Positions 1 through 10,448 of a stretch of DNA of 64,000 nucleotides are shown here, piece by piece (position 1 is the first letter of the stretch; every line of letters starts with the position of its first letter). The stretch lies in NCBI GenBank assembly GCA_036172245.1, contig JAYWIR010000040.1:1364001-1428000 (forward strand), written 5' to 3'. Source of the DNA: Raillietiella orientalis. Its lineage: Eukaryota. The position numbers and the translations under genes were made by a program. A model generated the notes under the pieces. It ran no database searches. It had not been told where the DNA came from and saw only the letters and a program-made list of their open reading frames with translations.

Positions 1-922
1 CAAAAAGTTGGAAAGATTCCTTTACGTCTGGGGATCAGGAACCTTGGGTGTTCATAGGTGGACTCACTGGGGAACTGCAGGTTTGCCATTTTGCAGGGTG
101 TTTTCTATTAAGAACGATTTTCTGTAGCGGCTTCTACCCATCGATTCGTCCAATGACTTATTTGTTTACAAAACCCCAGAGCGTCCTTTGACGAAATTAT
201 ATTCAGTGCGTGCTTATGAACCTTCAGACCTCACAGCTTTATATTCCATTTGTAAAATAGCATCTCCTAATGATCATTTAGAGTCTGTGCATAATGATCT
301 GCATCCTGATAAGTAAGGGTTGCTAATGGTGGCTCCAGTGAAAATTGTTTTTAGATTGCTTGGTGGTTTTTTATGCCTTTGCCCTGAGGGCTGTTTTGTT
401 GTAGCAGAAGAAGGTACAGGGGAACTTATGGGTTACTGTATTGCAGCTACACCCATCAAAACTTTTTATGATCAGCTGAGGTCAGTCTGGAAGCCACAGC
501 TACTGGGAAAGTATTCGAGCTTAGAGAATGCTGGTGATGTAAGTATGGAAGCAGTACCACAGTATGGCCCTTTATGGGTTTTTAGGAATTGAGCAGCATC
601 CTCCAAGGTGATATCCTCGAACCTCCATGTTCTGTTACTACTCAGTATACATCTGAATTACAGTTGGCCATGTTGCCAACTATCTCTGATGCATCATGGA
701 CCAAGCGTTTGTTGACATGCACACTAGCAGCATTACGTACTCAGGGTTTGTTTTCCCTTATGTAGAGTCATCATCAAAGTTGTAATTGTAGGATCATTTG
801 GTGCTTATGTCAAATGTTCCACCAGTGATGCAGCATACATTGAATTCTACAATAAGCTGGGATTTTTGGAGATTAGTCCAGCTGTAACTCCAGGAACTGC
901 ATATTTAGGAAGAACGTTTTAG
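1..922 (+). CDS. OGA: O-GlcNAcase (MGEA5/OGA), 3' part including the C-terminal pseudo-HAT domain; 5' end lies outside the window
   Basis: Exons <1-80, 128-312, 355-538, 586-745, 792-922, joined by GT-AG introns of 42-47 nt. Translation contains DQEPWVFIGGLTGELQ|RLLPIDSSNDLF (matches the OGA motif [20 protein letters not shown]) and ends FYNKLGF...YLGRTF*. AATAAA at 935-940. Confidence 0.93.
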
Positions 923-3900
923 GGTTTAATGGTGAATAAATTTTGTGATGATGCAGACACTTTCTGCCCAAAATGCTTGCCCAATTTACTTCCCAATAAA
1001 ATTTGTTAAACGGTTTACATATGAAATATTAAGCAAAAAAAATTCAGGTGTTTCATTTTATAATATTCTGCGTAGATCTTAAGATTTCCAGTTATTGTTT
1101 TTCGTTGGTGGGAATCGTACCCTATTTGCAAGTGTGCACATCCGTTTGATGTTCCTAGATGCCGAATCACGGCTAGCGCCAATGAAAAAGCACTGTTTTT
1201 AAAAATGAAAACGGCATTTAGAAAGGATATGAAGTTCTCAAATCAGTACGAAACAACAGTGTTTAAAGCCTGGATAGAAACATGGTTCATATAGGAAAGC
1301 CAGGAAGAAAAAAACATAAACACCGTACCATTCATACAGATCTGCATTTCTAAGGCACTCCGTGGATGAGTGAATGCATACTTTGTAAGTAATTCAGTCA
1401 TCGCTATACCATAATTTCAGGGAATCGAGTTTTTTCAAGTGTACGAATCTTTTCTTGAGAATATGATCGTTTGGCCTTTTTTCTTTTTTTGTGGTTTTAT
1501 TTGCAACCTAATCAGTCATATGACGTTCTCATCTGAAGGTGCTCATCTGCAAAATTTCCATGTAGGACTGGACAAGAATTGCGAACTGATTTTTTGCAAG
1601 AGATACATACTTTACATCCAGAAATTTGACGAAGCCATGTCTAATCTTGAATCGAATCGAATCTAAGTCTTTAATCTTATGACTACGTCCCTTTTGGTAA
1701 CCTGGACTGGGAGTAAGCAATAAAAAAGCAAGGAAGCAGTCAGTCTCTTTAACACCCAGCATCACCACCATTTCATCATGCAACCTCGACATCGAGAAAT
1801 CTGAATTACAACGTAACCATCCTTCAAATTAAGATCGTGGTGACCTTACACGCTTTGCCTACTATCATTGCAGCTTTTTTAGCTTGTCTACTATCATAGT
1901 AGGCAAAGCGGTTAAGAAGGGAAAAGAAAAAACTGCACATTCCACTGATAAGTGTAAAGGTCCAAATAGTTGGCACCAAAAATCCGGACACCAAAACGAC
2001 AAAAAATACAATATGATCGCAAGATACTGGAGCTGTGCATGTTGTCAGAACCCAGTGACCACGGTAAAGTTTTGAACATTGCCAGAGCTGTGAAACCAAG
2101 TCGTGAGAAACTGCATCAAAGACCATCATCGATAACGGGAACGAAAGAGAGGAATACGCTTTGCTCTGGACTAAGCGTTTGCAAAAGATTCTCCTCGTCC
2201 TGAATCATCGTCTTTTTTGGGTGGGGACGAGGAGACTTGGTTTACATCACTTGCCGTTCGCATTCCTCAAGAAGAACGGCGACTATTAAGCACATCGAGG
2301 AGCCACGAAACCTAAGTTTTCGTCCTTCCGGTGACTTTGTCATTTCCGGCAATCCCTTCATCCAAGGATCCAGAGAAAGGAAAGAGGATGACGATAACTG
2401 CTTCATCTTTTTCCTATCCAATTTTTCAATCCAACATTGAGACGGAAAGCAAAGCTTTCTTTCGTCTTTGCACTTGTGTTGCCAAATAAGTTTCAACATG
2501 GCGTCGTGCAGGCGGTTTCAAGTTTGCCTAAAAGCAGCAAACCGAAGCTCCTCTTTCGCTGTAATTTCGAAAACGTGTTCTAACTTTCAGAAAGCTACAA
2601 AAAGATTCTGGACTGTGAAGAAAAAAGAGGCAACGAAAGAGGGGACCGAATTCACACATAAAGTAGTCTACAGGATTTGGGGGATGAGCAGACGCTGGAA
2701 GGTTTCAAAAGCATCCGTGAGGGAGTCTTAGAAAGTTCAGAACAAGGAAGCAGGACGTTCTTGGATCAAAATGGGGGATTTTAAATATTACTTCCGTGGC
2801 AAACAATGTTTACTTTTGTCGAAGCTCGGTCATCGCATTGGTGATTACTTTTTCAAGTATTGAATGTCCACTTTTAACAGATACTACTGGAATCGAGATC
2901 CTCCTGGCAGCCCTCACTTTGCAGCCAAAAAGCCGAACACGATCTTAATTTGCAACAAGGTTGCCTTTTGACTTCGATTCCTCAACGTCTGTTGTGGTCG
3001 TGTGACGAAATATGGAAGACCTTGGATGCTAGGGGACTGATTTCTTCCAGTTGATTCAGTTCGTTCTTGTGGACTCAGTAGTGCATTCTGAGAGATAAAT
3101 GAATTAGAAATGGAAACAAAAGATTCGGAATGACTATCTAAAAGTTTCTCGACACCGTCATTTTCGCAGTCAATTTTACTCACTAATATTAATTTAGATT
3201 GCATTCTAGGGTTTATTTCAATGCCTTGATTGCACCTGAGCGCTGATTCCTCCAAAAACACATCCTCCTCCCTACTTTTCCATCCCTAAAGACAGCGTTG
3301 GTCGATGAAACCCACCTGCTCGAAAAAAAAAAAAATCTGGAAAAAAGTCTCGCCCCTCAGCCTGATCTACATTGAGTGAAAGGGGTGATAAAAACGCATC
3401 TGTGGCAGTGATCTCTCAATATGAAAGCTAATGAACTCTACCGGAACTCCCACATCCGCTCTCATTAAATTCATCTAGGTGTCTGGACTGCAGAAAGTAC
3501 TTAAGGTTTTACTCAAGGTCACTCTATGGCGTCTCAGTTTGTCAGGGGAATCAGAAGATGCTCCTAACAAACTACAGGCTTACTTGTACGGAAAGCCTTG
3601 TCCTCTCTGAAATGATCAGCCGATCTCCTCCTAAATAGATCCGATTCTGTCACTATGATGCTAATCTCATCATTCCTCCCTGATGCGTAACCATGGAGCA
3701 CTGCTGCGAATGCCATTTTTATTTCATCAAAGAGAGCGGCAACCCTCATGAATCAGTGCAGAAGAACAATCGCATCCGAAGGTGAAGGAGAAAGAACCTC
3801 AATTCATCTGGTACATACGATGAGCGAAAAAGCACGCGAAAATGTAATCATGGAAGAATTTCACAGTCACTGAAAAGCCCTGGTGCGAACATTTGGTGCA

Positions 3901-4753
3901 GCAGCTTCCTGGAGTGTGCGAGCTCGAAGTATTCGATTCGTCTGCTTCGCGAGAGTTTCCAAAGGGATGTCGCTATTTCGATTTTTCACACAGCCACGGA
4001 TCCTTCCACGTTCCGCTCCGTCACAGCAGATTATCTTTCTGAAACGGACAAGCTGCTGAACCAAATCATTCACCTGATCAATAGGCCGAGGTTTATGATC
4101 TGTGCTTTGCTTGCAACAAGGATGAGCTTTGCATCCTTTAAGATCTGATGAACTCGTTCATTGACTCTGAATTAACATCGATAGGAGAACTTGTGTGTTG
4201 GATATCGTTGAGCGACCCCGGAAGTCTTTGCAACGGACTTTCGCTTAGTGCCAGATACGTGCTAGGTCAGCATCAACCCACGGAACTTTTTGCCTTCATC
4301 CACAAAGATGCTCCTCCTCTGACCCGCCTCATACAGAGAGAGGGGGGAGGAAGGGAAGGGGTATCTTCTATACAAATGGCCCTCTTCCTCTTGCGTCATT
4401 AGTCTCATGCATTACATCTCTATTGATCCCTTTGGACAAAAGATCTTCAACGAGAATCTTCATCCCCAAGAACCTTCCTGGGAGAACAATGAGTAAATCC
4501 TAACTAGCAATAATCATATTCGTTCCCTCAGGAATTCCTGGTTCCCGCCTCCTGGACATCTCGTTCGTACCTGACGCGACTTCTGACCTCGCCTCAATAC
4601 CATGGCGCTTTCCGCTACAAAAGTACCACCTGATGCGATCCTACACCTCAGCTCAGGCATCTCATCGCAGCAGACATCATCCACTAGAATGCAGGCCACC
4701 AATCTCCCATCCTCTGCCTCTCGAGACATGTCTACCGAGAAGGCTTCGTGGTG

Positions 4754-5672
4754 CTCAGGCCACACTGGCCCACATTTTGGAACCAACAAAATTCTCCATC
4801 CAGAGACTATCCCCAGGAGGCTCAGAACAAGGTATTTCGGGATATCAACAGATATCTTGCTGAGAGAAACAACCAATCTGCTCAACCTTATAAAGACTCG
4901 ATATAACACTGGGTTTCAGCAGCGTCACCCATTCTTTAGATCTTTGACATCGTAGCAAAAAGAAGAATCGATCTCAGTGGTCTCTTCCCGAAGTGAAGCA
5001 TCTAAGCTCTAAAAACCTCTTTATGAAGAATGGGAGTTCGAGAAGAATGGAATGCCACAGCAGTAACTATTTGAAAGAACTTCCTTTCCCATGGAATACT
5101 TGATCCGTAGGGAAGAAAAAAGGGAAGAGGAAAACAGGAGGAATCGTCGTCGAAAATCTCGAGTAGAGATGTGCCGAAGAAGCCATTTGGCTTCAGCGCA
5201 GAGCCCTCGAAACCGTACCCGATTCGCAACAGCCATTCCCGCAAGTGACCTACGCCGGACCACCAGGAACGCCGTTTCCTAGGTGGACCGATTCAGCTCC
5301 CCTCGACGGATGCAAGCGATATTCGATGTTTCTAAAGAGCCCTCAAGGAAAGTCGGATGGCTCGAATGTATTGTTGACCCTTGCTGAGCTGCTGAGCACT
5401 CTCAACCTTAGCGCTGCACATCTTCCAGCACTTGAGATGCGCCTTCCACGGAAGATGCGGACGCGTTCCGGTCATTCCTGACTGCTTGTCCTGTCCGGTG
5501 ACTGCTTGTCCTTGCTGAGAGGAACAACCAATCGGTTGTTCCCCTCAGCAAGGTATCTATTGATATCCCGAAATATCTGGAATCTTGGAGAGGATTTGTT
5601 CTGTGCCTCCTGGGGACAGTCTCTGGGAGGAGAATTTTGTTGGTTCCAAAATGTGGGCCAGTGATGCCTGAG
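4754..5672. repeat. Inverted duplicated pair (about 4754-4878 on +, about 5531-5672 on -), probably a coding remnant
   Basis: Near-identical sequence in opposite orientations. Both read LRxHWPTFWNQQNSPxRDxPQEAQNK...FRDINRYLAExNN; the second copy has an in-frame 18-nt insertion. Confidence 0.85.
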
Positions 5673-7071
5673 TTCACCGTTTTGTATCTTCGGGCGCTGC
5701 TCGGACAACCGCTGGCTCGCCGGGCCTCTTCGAAGGGACGTCGCTGCCTTTTCGTTGGTCTTCCGTCGTCGTCGTCGCTGCTGCCACCGTTGGCTCTACC
5801 GTCGCTCCTGAGTCAGCTCCAGGAAGCTTGGTCCTACCCTTCTTCTGTGCTCCGTTCCGCCTGCTCCTGTGGACGAGTTCGTCCTTTAGTGAGTCCGCCG
5901 AAATGTGTGTCATCCGTCAGCCGGGGGACGCTCGTCCCCCTGCCCCGGGCGACAAGACGCGAGTTCAGGAGGTGAGAGGCGGCGCATCCGACTTCGACTG
6001 CAGCCACAGGACGCTCGTCCCGGGCGAAAAGACACCGAAAACTAGGAGCAGGTCTTCTCGAGTGGATGCCGCGTTCCCAGGAGTCGATGGAACTCTTCCG
6101 CTCAAATAGCCCCGAGTCAGAGGCAGCTTTTTACACCCGCCCACGCAAAGGACCCATAGAATTGAGGTGGCACGAATGGAGCGGACAGAATTCACCGTTC
6201 GAAAGCAAAGATACCCACGGGGGTCCAGGAATTCCTGCCTTGGAGCTTCGCGCATGGAAAATTTGGTCCAACGAGACTTGGACTGTCTGGCTCTGCGAGC
6301 AGTTCCTGACCACGGCCATGCCATTCACCATCGACCGTCGCAGAAGTCTTTCCGCTCTTGCGGGTTCCGGACCGGCGCTTCTCTTCGCGGAGAGCGGCTT
6401 GCCCGAGTTACTCGCGAAACTTTGGTTCTCGGGGTGCCAACGCAGCGGACTGGCGAGGAGCGAAGAGCCGAACTCTCTGGCGGCGGAGAGCCGTTTGCAT
6501 TCGGCGGAATCGAAAGCGGCCTCCGTACTGACTCGAGTCAGGAGTCAGGATCTCGGAACGGACGGGGCATCCTCCTCGATCCTGCTTCGCTCCTCGGCAT
6601 CGGCACCCGTTAGGTAGAGGGAATTCCGGTCTTCTCTCCAGGTTGCTCCAACCCGCGAACCATCTTTCGTCTTCCATGGCTAGAAGAACTGCGTAGAAGT
6701 TTTAGGAAGCAGCAGCGCGAGCTTCGCATTCGTTCGTCTTGCAAGGAGATCCTTTGCACGGTGAAGGAACACGTGCTGCTCCAGGAGCATCCTCACCTAT
6801 GAAAAGGATAAAACAAACCATAGGAAAACCGTGGGGTGCGTCGTGCAACTGCTTGAAAGAAAGTGGAAAATCACTGTGCGGATCGCTCTGTCTCCACTCT
6901 TCCGCTTCTCTTCCGTTTTGAGGGCTTTTGCTCGACCTCTGTCTCTGAAGAAGCGTCTAGAAGGAGACAGGAGTTCTCCGAGGAGGACGATGGACTTTGT
7001 TCCTTTGAGAGGTCAGGGTTAGATGCCTTTTAACTGTTGAGGTGTACGGTCACTAACGCTGCTGATTTCAG

Positions 7072-7218
7072 ATGAAGATAAGCGTCTGCGTCTGCGCGCT
7101 GATCTCTGATGTCAGCTGCCTGCCGACGGAGGTCTTCGCTCAACCTGCATTTCTCTCCGAGGTTCCGGAGAGCCCGACGAAACAGTACCGGTTCTTCCCC
7201 CCGCCGCACTATGGCTGA
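7072..7218 (+). CDS. Duplicated signal-peptide exon of the P1 gene; a 48-aa secreted peptide precursor or a pseudo-exon
   Basis: Branch point cactaac (7051) and acceptor tttcag (7071), then MKISVCVCALISDVSCLPTEVFAQPAFLSEVPESPTKQYRFFPPPHYG*. Clear DNA paralogy with 9235-9319, but the gtaagt donor is absent. Confidence 0.5.
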   Translation: MKISVCVCALISDVSCLPTEVFAQPAFLSEVPESPTKQYRFFPPPHYG

Positions 7219-8642
7219 CAGGGAAATCTGGTGATCCTTCGTCCTTCGGATGTTGGATGGACCCCGAACGTCCTTCTGGAAGGGACCTCTCAGAGAAGCG
7301 TACAGATCGAAGGTCAAGACTGGAGATGAGAAGACAACTTCGGGAGACGAGCTGGGCAGAGGAGATGCGCATGGCAGACACGTGACTTCAGCCCCCTCTG
7401 GAAGCGCCAAAGTCAGAACGGAGAGGCCACCACCGACCCCAGGCACGGACCGGGGTCCTCTAGATATCTCAAGGAGCGCGCGTGTAGCCCACGCGCGGCT
7501 CCCTGCTCAGCAGGGAAGTGGGGGTCTTTCCGATGACGACAGAGGAGGAGGCGGATGGGAATGGAAAGGATGGGGAAAAGCATACAGTGCCTGTCCGAAG
7601 ACTCCGGACCTGGAGGCATCTGGCACTCCTTAACGCGCGGGAGGTGGTCCAAGGCAATGGAAATGGGAGCTGGAAGGAACCTCAAGGCAGGAGCGGGTTG
7701 GATTCCCCATTCTGCCTTCTCGGGCAAAGCGTGCTCTGCAGAAGAAAACTTTCCCTCCTCCCTCGGGAGGAGGAACGAAACGCGCGCATCTTTGCCGGAA
7801 GATTGCTTCTAAGAGAGGAACCCGAGGGAAGAAGCGGCATCCTTCCCCACCCTTCTCGGAGAGAAGGACGCCGATCCCCTCCTGGAGGGGAAGCGAAGTT
7901 TCGCGGGCGTCCTTCCCAGAACCGGGAGCATCCGTTTTAGAAACGGATAGGGTACGCACTTGCTCTCAAAGAACCCGGGAGGAGCGGAGGCTGAGGAGTC
8001 GGGCACAGCATCCCCAGGGTAGCCGAACCCCAGCTCCGCCATCGGGCAGGACGGCCGCCCCTTCCTTCAGGAAGCGCCTCCTCGAGGGAGGGGAGGGACA
8101 TTCCCGCCTTCAATCCCCTCCTCCTCGTAGGTCTCTTTCTCCTTTTCTTCCTCTTTCCTCCCACTTCCGGTTCGTTTCTGGGAAGCGGAGAAAGTGGGTC
8201 GGGAGAGGAAGAGGATCGGATCGAATCGTCTCCGAGCCATCTCGGCTGAGAGACGGTTCCGTCGCTTCCAGTAGGGAGAAGGAAGGAAGAGCGGGGGATT
8301 AAGAGGAGGGTCGGGGGACTAGGGCTCTTTCACTTGGAGATCGCAGGCCACTGATATTTCTGTTCGATTGACCCAGATGGTATGGTCAACGTACCCAGCC
8401 TTGAAGCAATCCGTGCGCAGACACGAGAGTGCGCTGTGACCTCTGGCTGCGACAGCTTCTCTTCCCCCTCCTCCTTCCCCTCGTCCGTTTCTTCCTCTTC
8501 GCCTCTTTCCCCCCCCCCCCTCCCCTCTCTTCTTTTTTTTGCCAGCAGCCGTCTCGCCTGGAGCTCCCGAGCGGCCGTGTGCTCGCCCCTTCCATTCGCC
8601 GTCGCGGAGTCTTCCTCGTCCGAGATGTTCCGCGAGGTGCTC

Positions 8643-10448
8643 ATGGCGATGATCGAGGTAAGGTAGGGAGGGTGGGGTGGAGGGGGAGAGCTTCTCTCTC
8701 CCTCTCGGATCCAGGGAGGAGGCGCGCAAACGGTGAGGAGGCTCGCCTCTCGGAGATGAAGAGGGAGTCATCCCACCTCTCGTCTCCCCCTTCGGCGGTG
8801 GATTTGCACGCGCCTGCTCTGTGAACGCCCGCGCAGCGGAAACGAACGGGTGGAGATGCGCGGCTGCGCCGTCCTTCCCCCTCCGTTGTCCCCCCGTCTT
8901 CTTTTCGTCTCGTCCTTCCTCCTCCCTCGTCTCCACACCCCAGAGACCTCTCTCGAGGGACACGTCCCATGCGTGCGCGCGAGGCCTCTTTCCGTCACAA
9001 CGGGAAACAGGAGGAAGGGACTCTCGAACGTGAGCGACTTACCTTGCAGGGCCTCCGAGAAGGGGGAAATGGATCCGCGTGTGAGGGAAGAACCCGGGAG
9101 AAGAGGGTCCTCCATCGGGGGGGCTGAGCAGCCGCCTGCCTGGTGGTCCACCTCTGGACCTCCATGGGGGACGGGTGAGGGGGCACCATTCCGTGACCCA
9201 TGAGGTCACCGCTCACCCCCGCTGTTGGTTTCAGTTGAGGATAGCCGTCTGCGTCTGTGCGCTGATCTCGGGAGTCAACTGCCTGCCGACGGAGACCCCC
9301 ACCAGCATTCCCGGAGACCGTAAGTTGGCGCAAGGCTGACGCTGCAGCGGAGGAGGATCAGGAGCCGGCCGGATGGGATTTCCCGGGACGGCGGCAGGAC
9401 GCGAGGTGGAGTCAAACGCCCGAGTCCGGGAACCGCTGCGCTAGACCGGAAGCATCCGGGACACGGAGGGAAAGGAGCGCACGGCAGTTTTTGAACTCAA
9501 GGGGTTCTCCCCTCTCACCACGGGCCCGATTTGCAGCCACAGGGACGACGGCGACGACCGGAGCTCTGGATGAGACTCCCACAGACAGCAGCACAGTCTT
9601 CGAGACGACGGTCGGCGGCAGTCCCCAGAACGAGGAAGGTAGCGACGCGGATGATGCCGACACGCGGTTCTTCATTCATCGTGAGTACCGGGGGCAAAGG
9701 AGGATGGCGGGGCTGGGGGTGGCGTGGGGAAGGATGGGAAGAGGTCGTTGGATCCTGGAGGGGATGGTCAGCAGAGTCAGAGGGCAATGTCTTGCTCCTC
9801 TTCTTCCCTTCCATCGCCCGCGGGAGGGGGGGGCTCTCTCTGCAGTCGACGGTTTGGAGGGCGCAAATTGCAAGGGATCCAAGGGGTTAGCAACTTCTCT
9901 TCTCTCCAGGGCATGGGCAGCGCTTCCGCAGAGAGGTCGCTTTCTTGTCTCGTCTCCGAAGGGCAGAGTGCTCGGCCGCCACCGGAGATGGCTCGCTGCT
10001 CCCGTCGCGCGGAGGGGGCGCGGAGAAAGGAGACAGGAGAGGAGGAAGAAGCCAAAGGATGGAGGAGGGGGTTCAGTAGGAACAGGGAGAAGGGCCAAAA
10101 AGTGGGCTCCCTCCTCCTTTAGGGAAGTCTCTGCGGAGTCGGGGTCTCGATGGTCATCGCCCCGCGCGGACCGAGGGCGCTTTGTTTGACCCGGGGATGC
10201 GCTCGCACCGGCTTCTAAGGCGCGCTAGTGCGCTCATGCGCTCCAACCGGTTGCTTCTCGTTTCAGTCCAGCCGTGTCCGCCGGGCTCGCTGGTGTTCAT
10301 CTCGTGCAGGACCTACTCCACGTGCATGACCACCGGGTTTCCCGGAGAGAAGAGGTCCTGCCCCATCGGGAACAGAGTGGTGGCGGTCCCCATGGGCAAC
10401 AACATGGTTGGCCCTTCCTGCGTGCAGGACTTCAGCTGCTGGCTGTGA
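8643..10448 (+). CDS. P1: secreted prepropeptide with a six-Cys (CBM14/peritrophin-A-like) C-terminal domain, about 141 aa
   Basis: Exons 8643-8657 (MAMIE|gtaagg; first exon tentative, alternatives are ATG 8625 or 9069-9080), 9235-9319 (LRIAVCVCALISGVNCLP..., signal peptide), 9537-9680 (Thr/acidic spacer ending DADDADTRFFIH|gtgagt), 10267-10448 (QPCPPGSLVFISCRTYSTCMTTGFPGEKRSCPIGNRVVAVPMGNNMVGPSCVQDFSCWL*). Intron phases 0,1,1 give an open frame. Confidence 0.85.

Noticed and set aside
1440..4400. Possible gag zinc-knuckle and other transposon remnants
   Set aside because: Only broken, ambiguous motifs (CACCQNP / SDH); cannot assign a class.
8319..9151. Minus-strand two-exon model ending SCLRTDCFKAGYVDHTIWVNRTEISVACDLQVKEP
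   Set aside because: Strong donor at about 9042, but the acceptor lacks a pyrimidine tract, there is no signal peptide or family Cys pattern, and it is antisense to P1.
9320..9347. Possible 28-nt micro-intron in P1 (gtaagt...gctgacgctgcag), which is also in frame
   Set aside because: Shorter than any other intron here, and the 9536 acceptor gives a cleaner model; kept only as a possible alternative acceptor.
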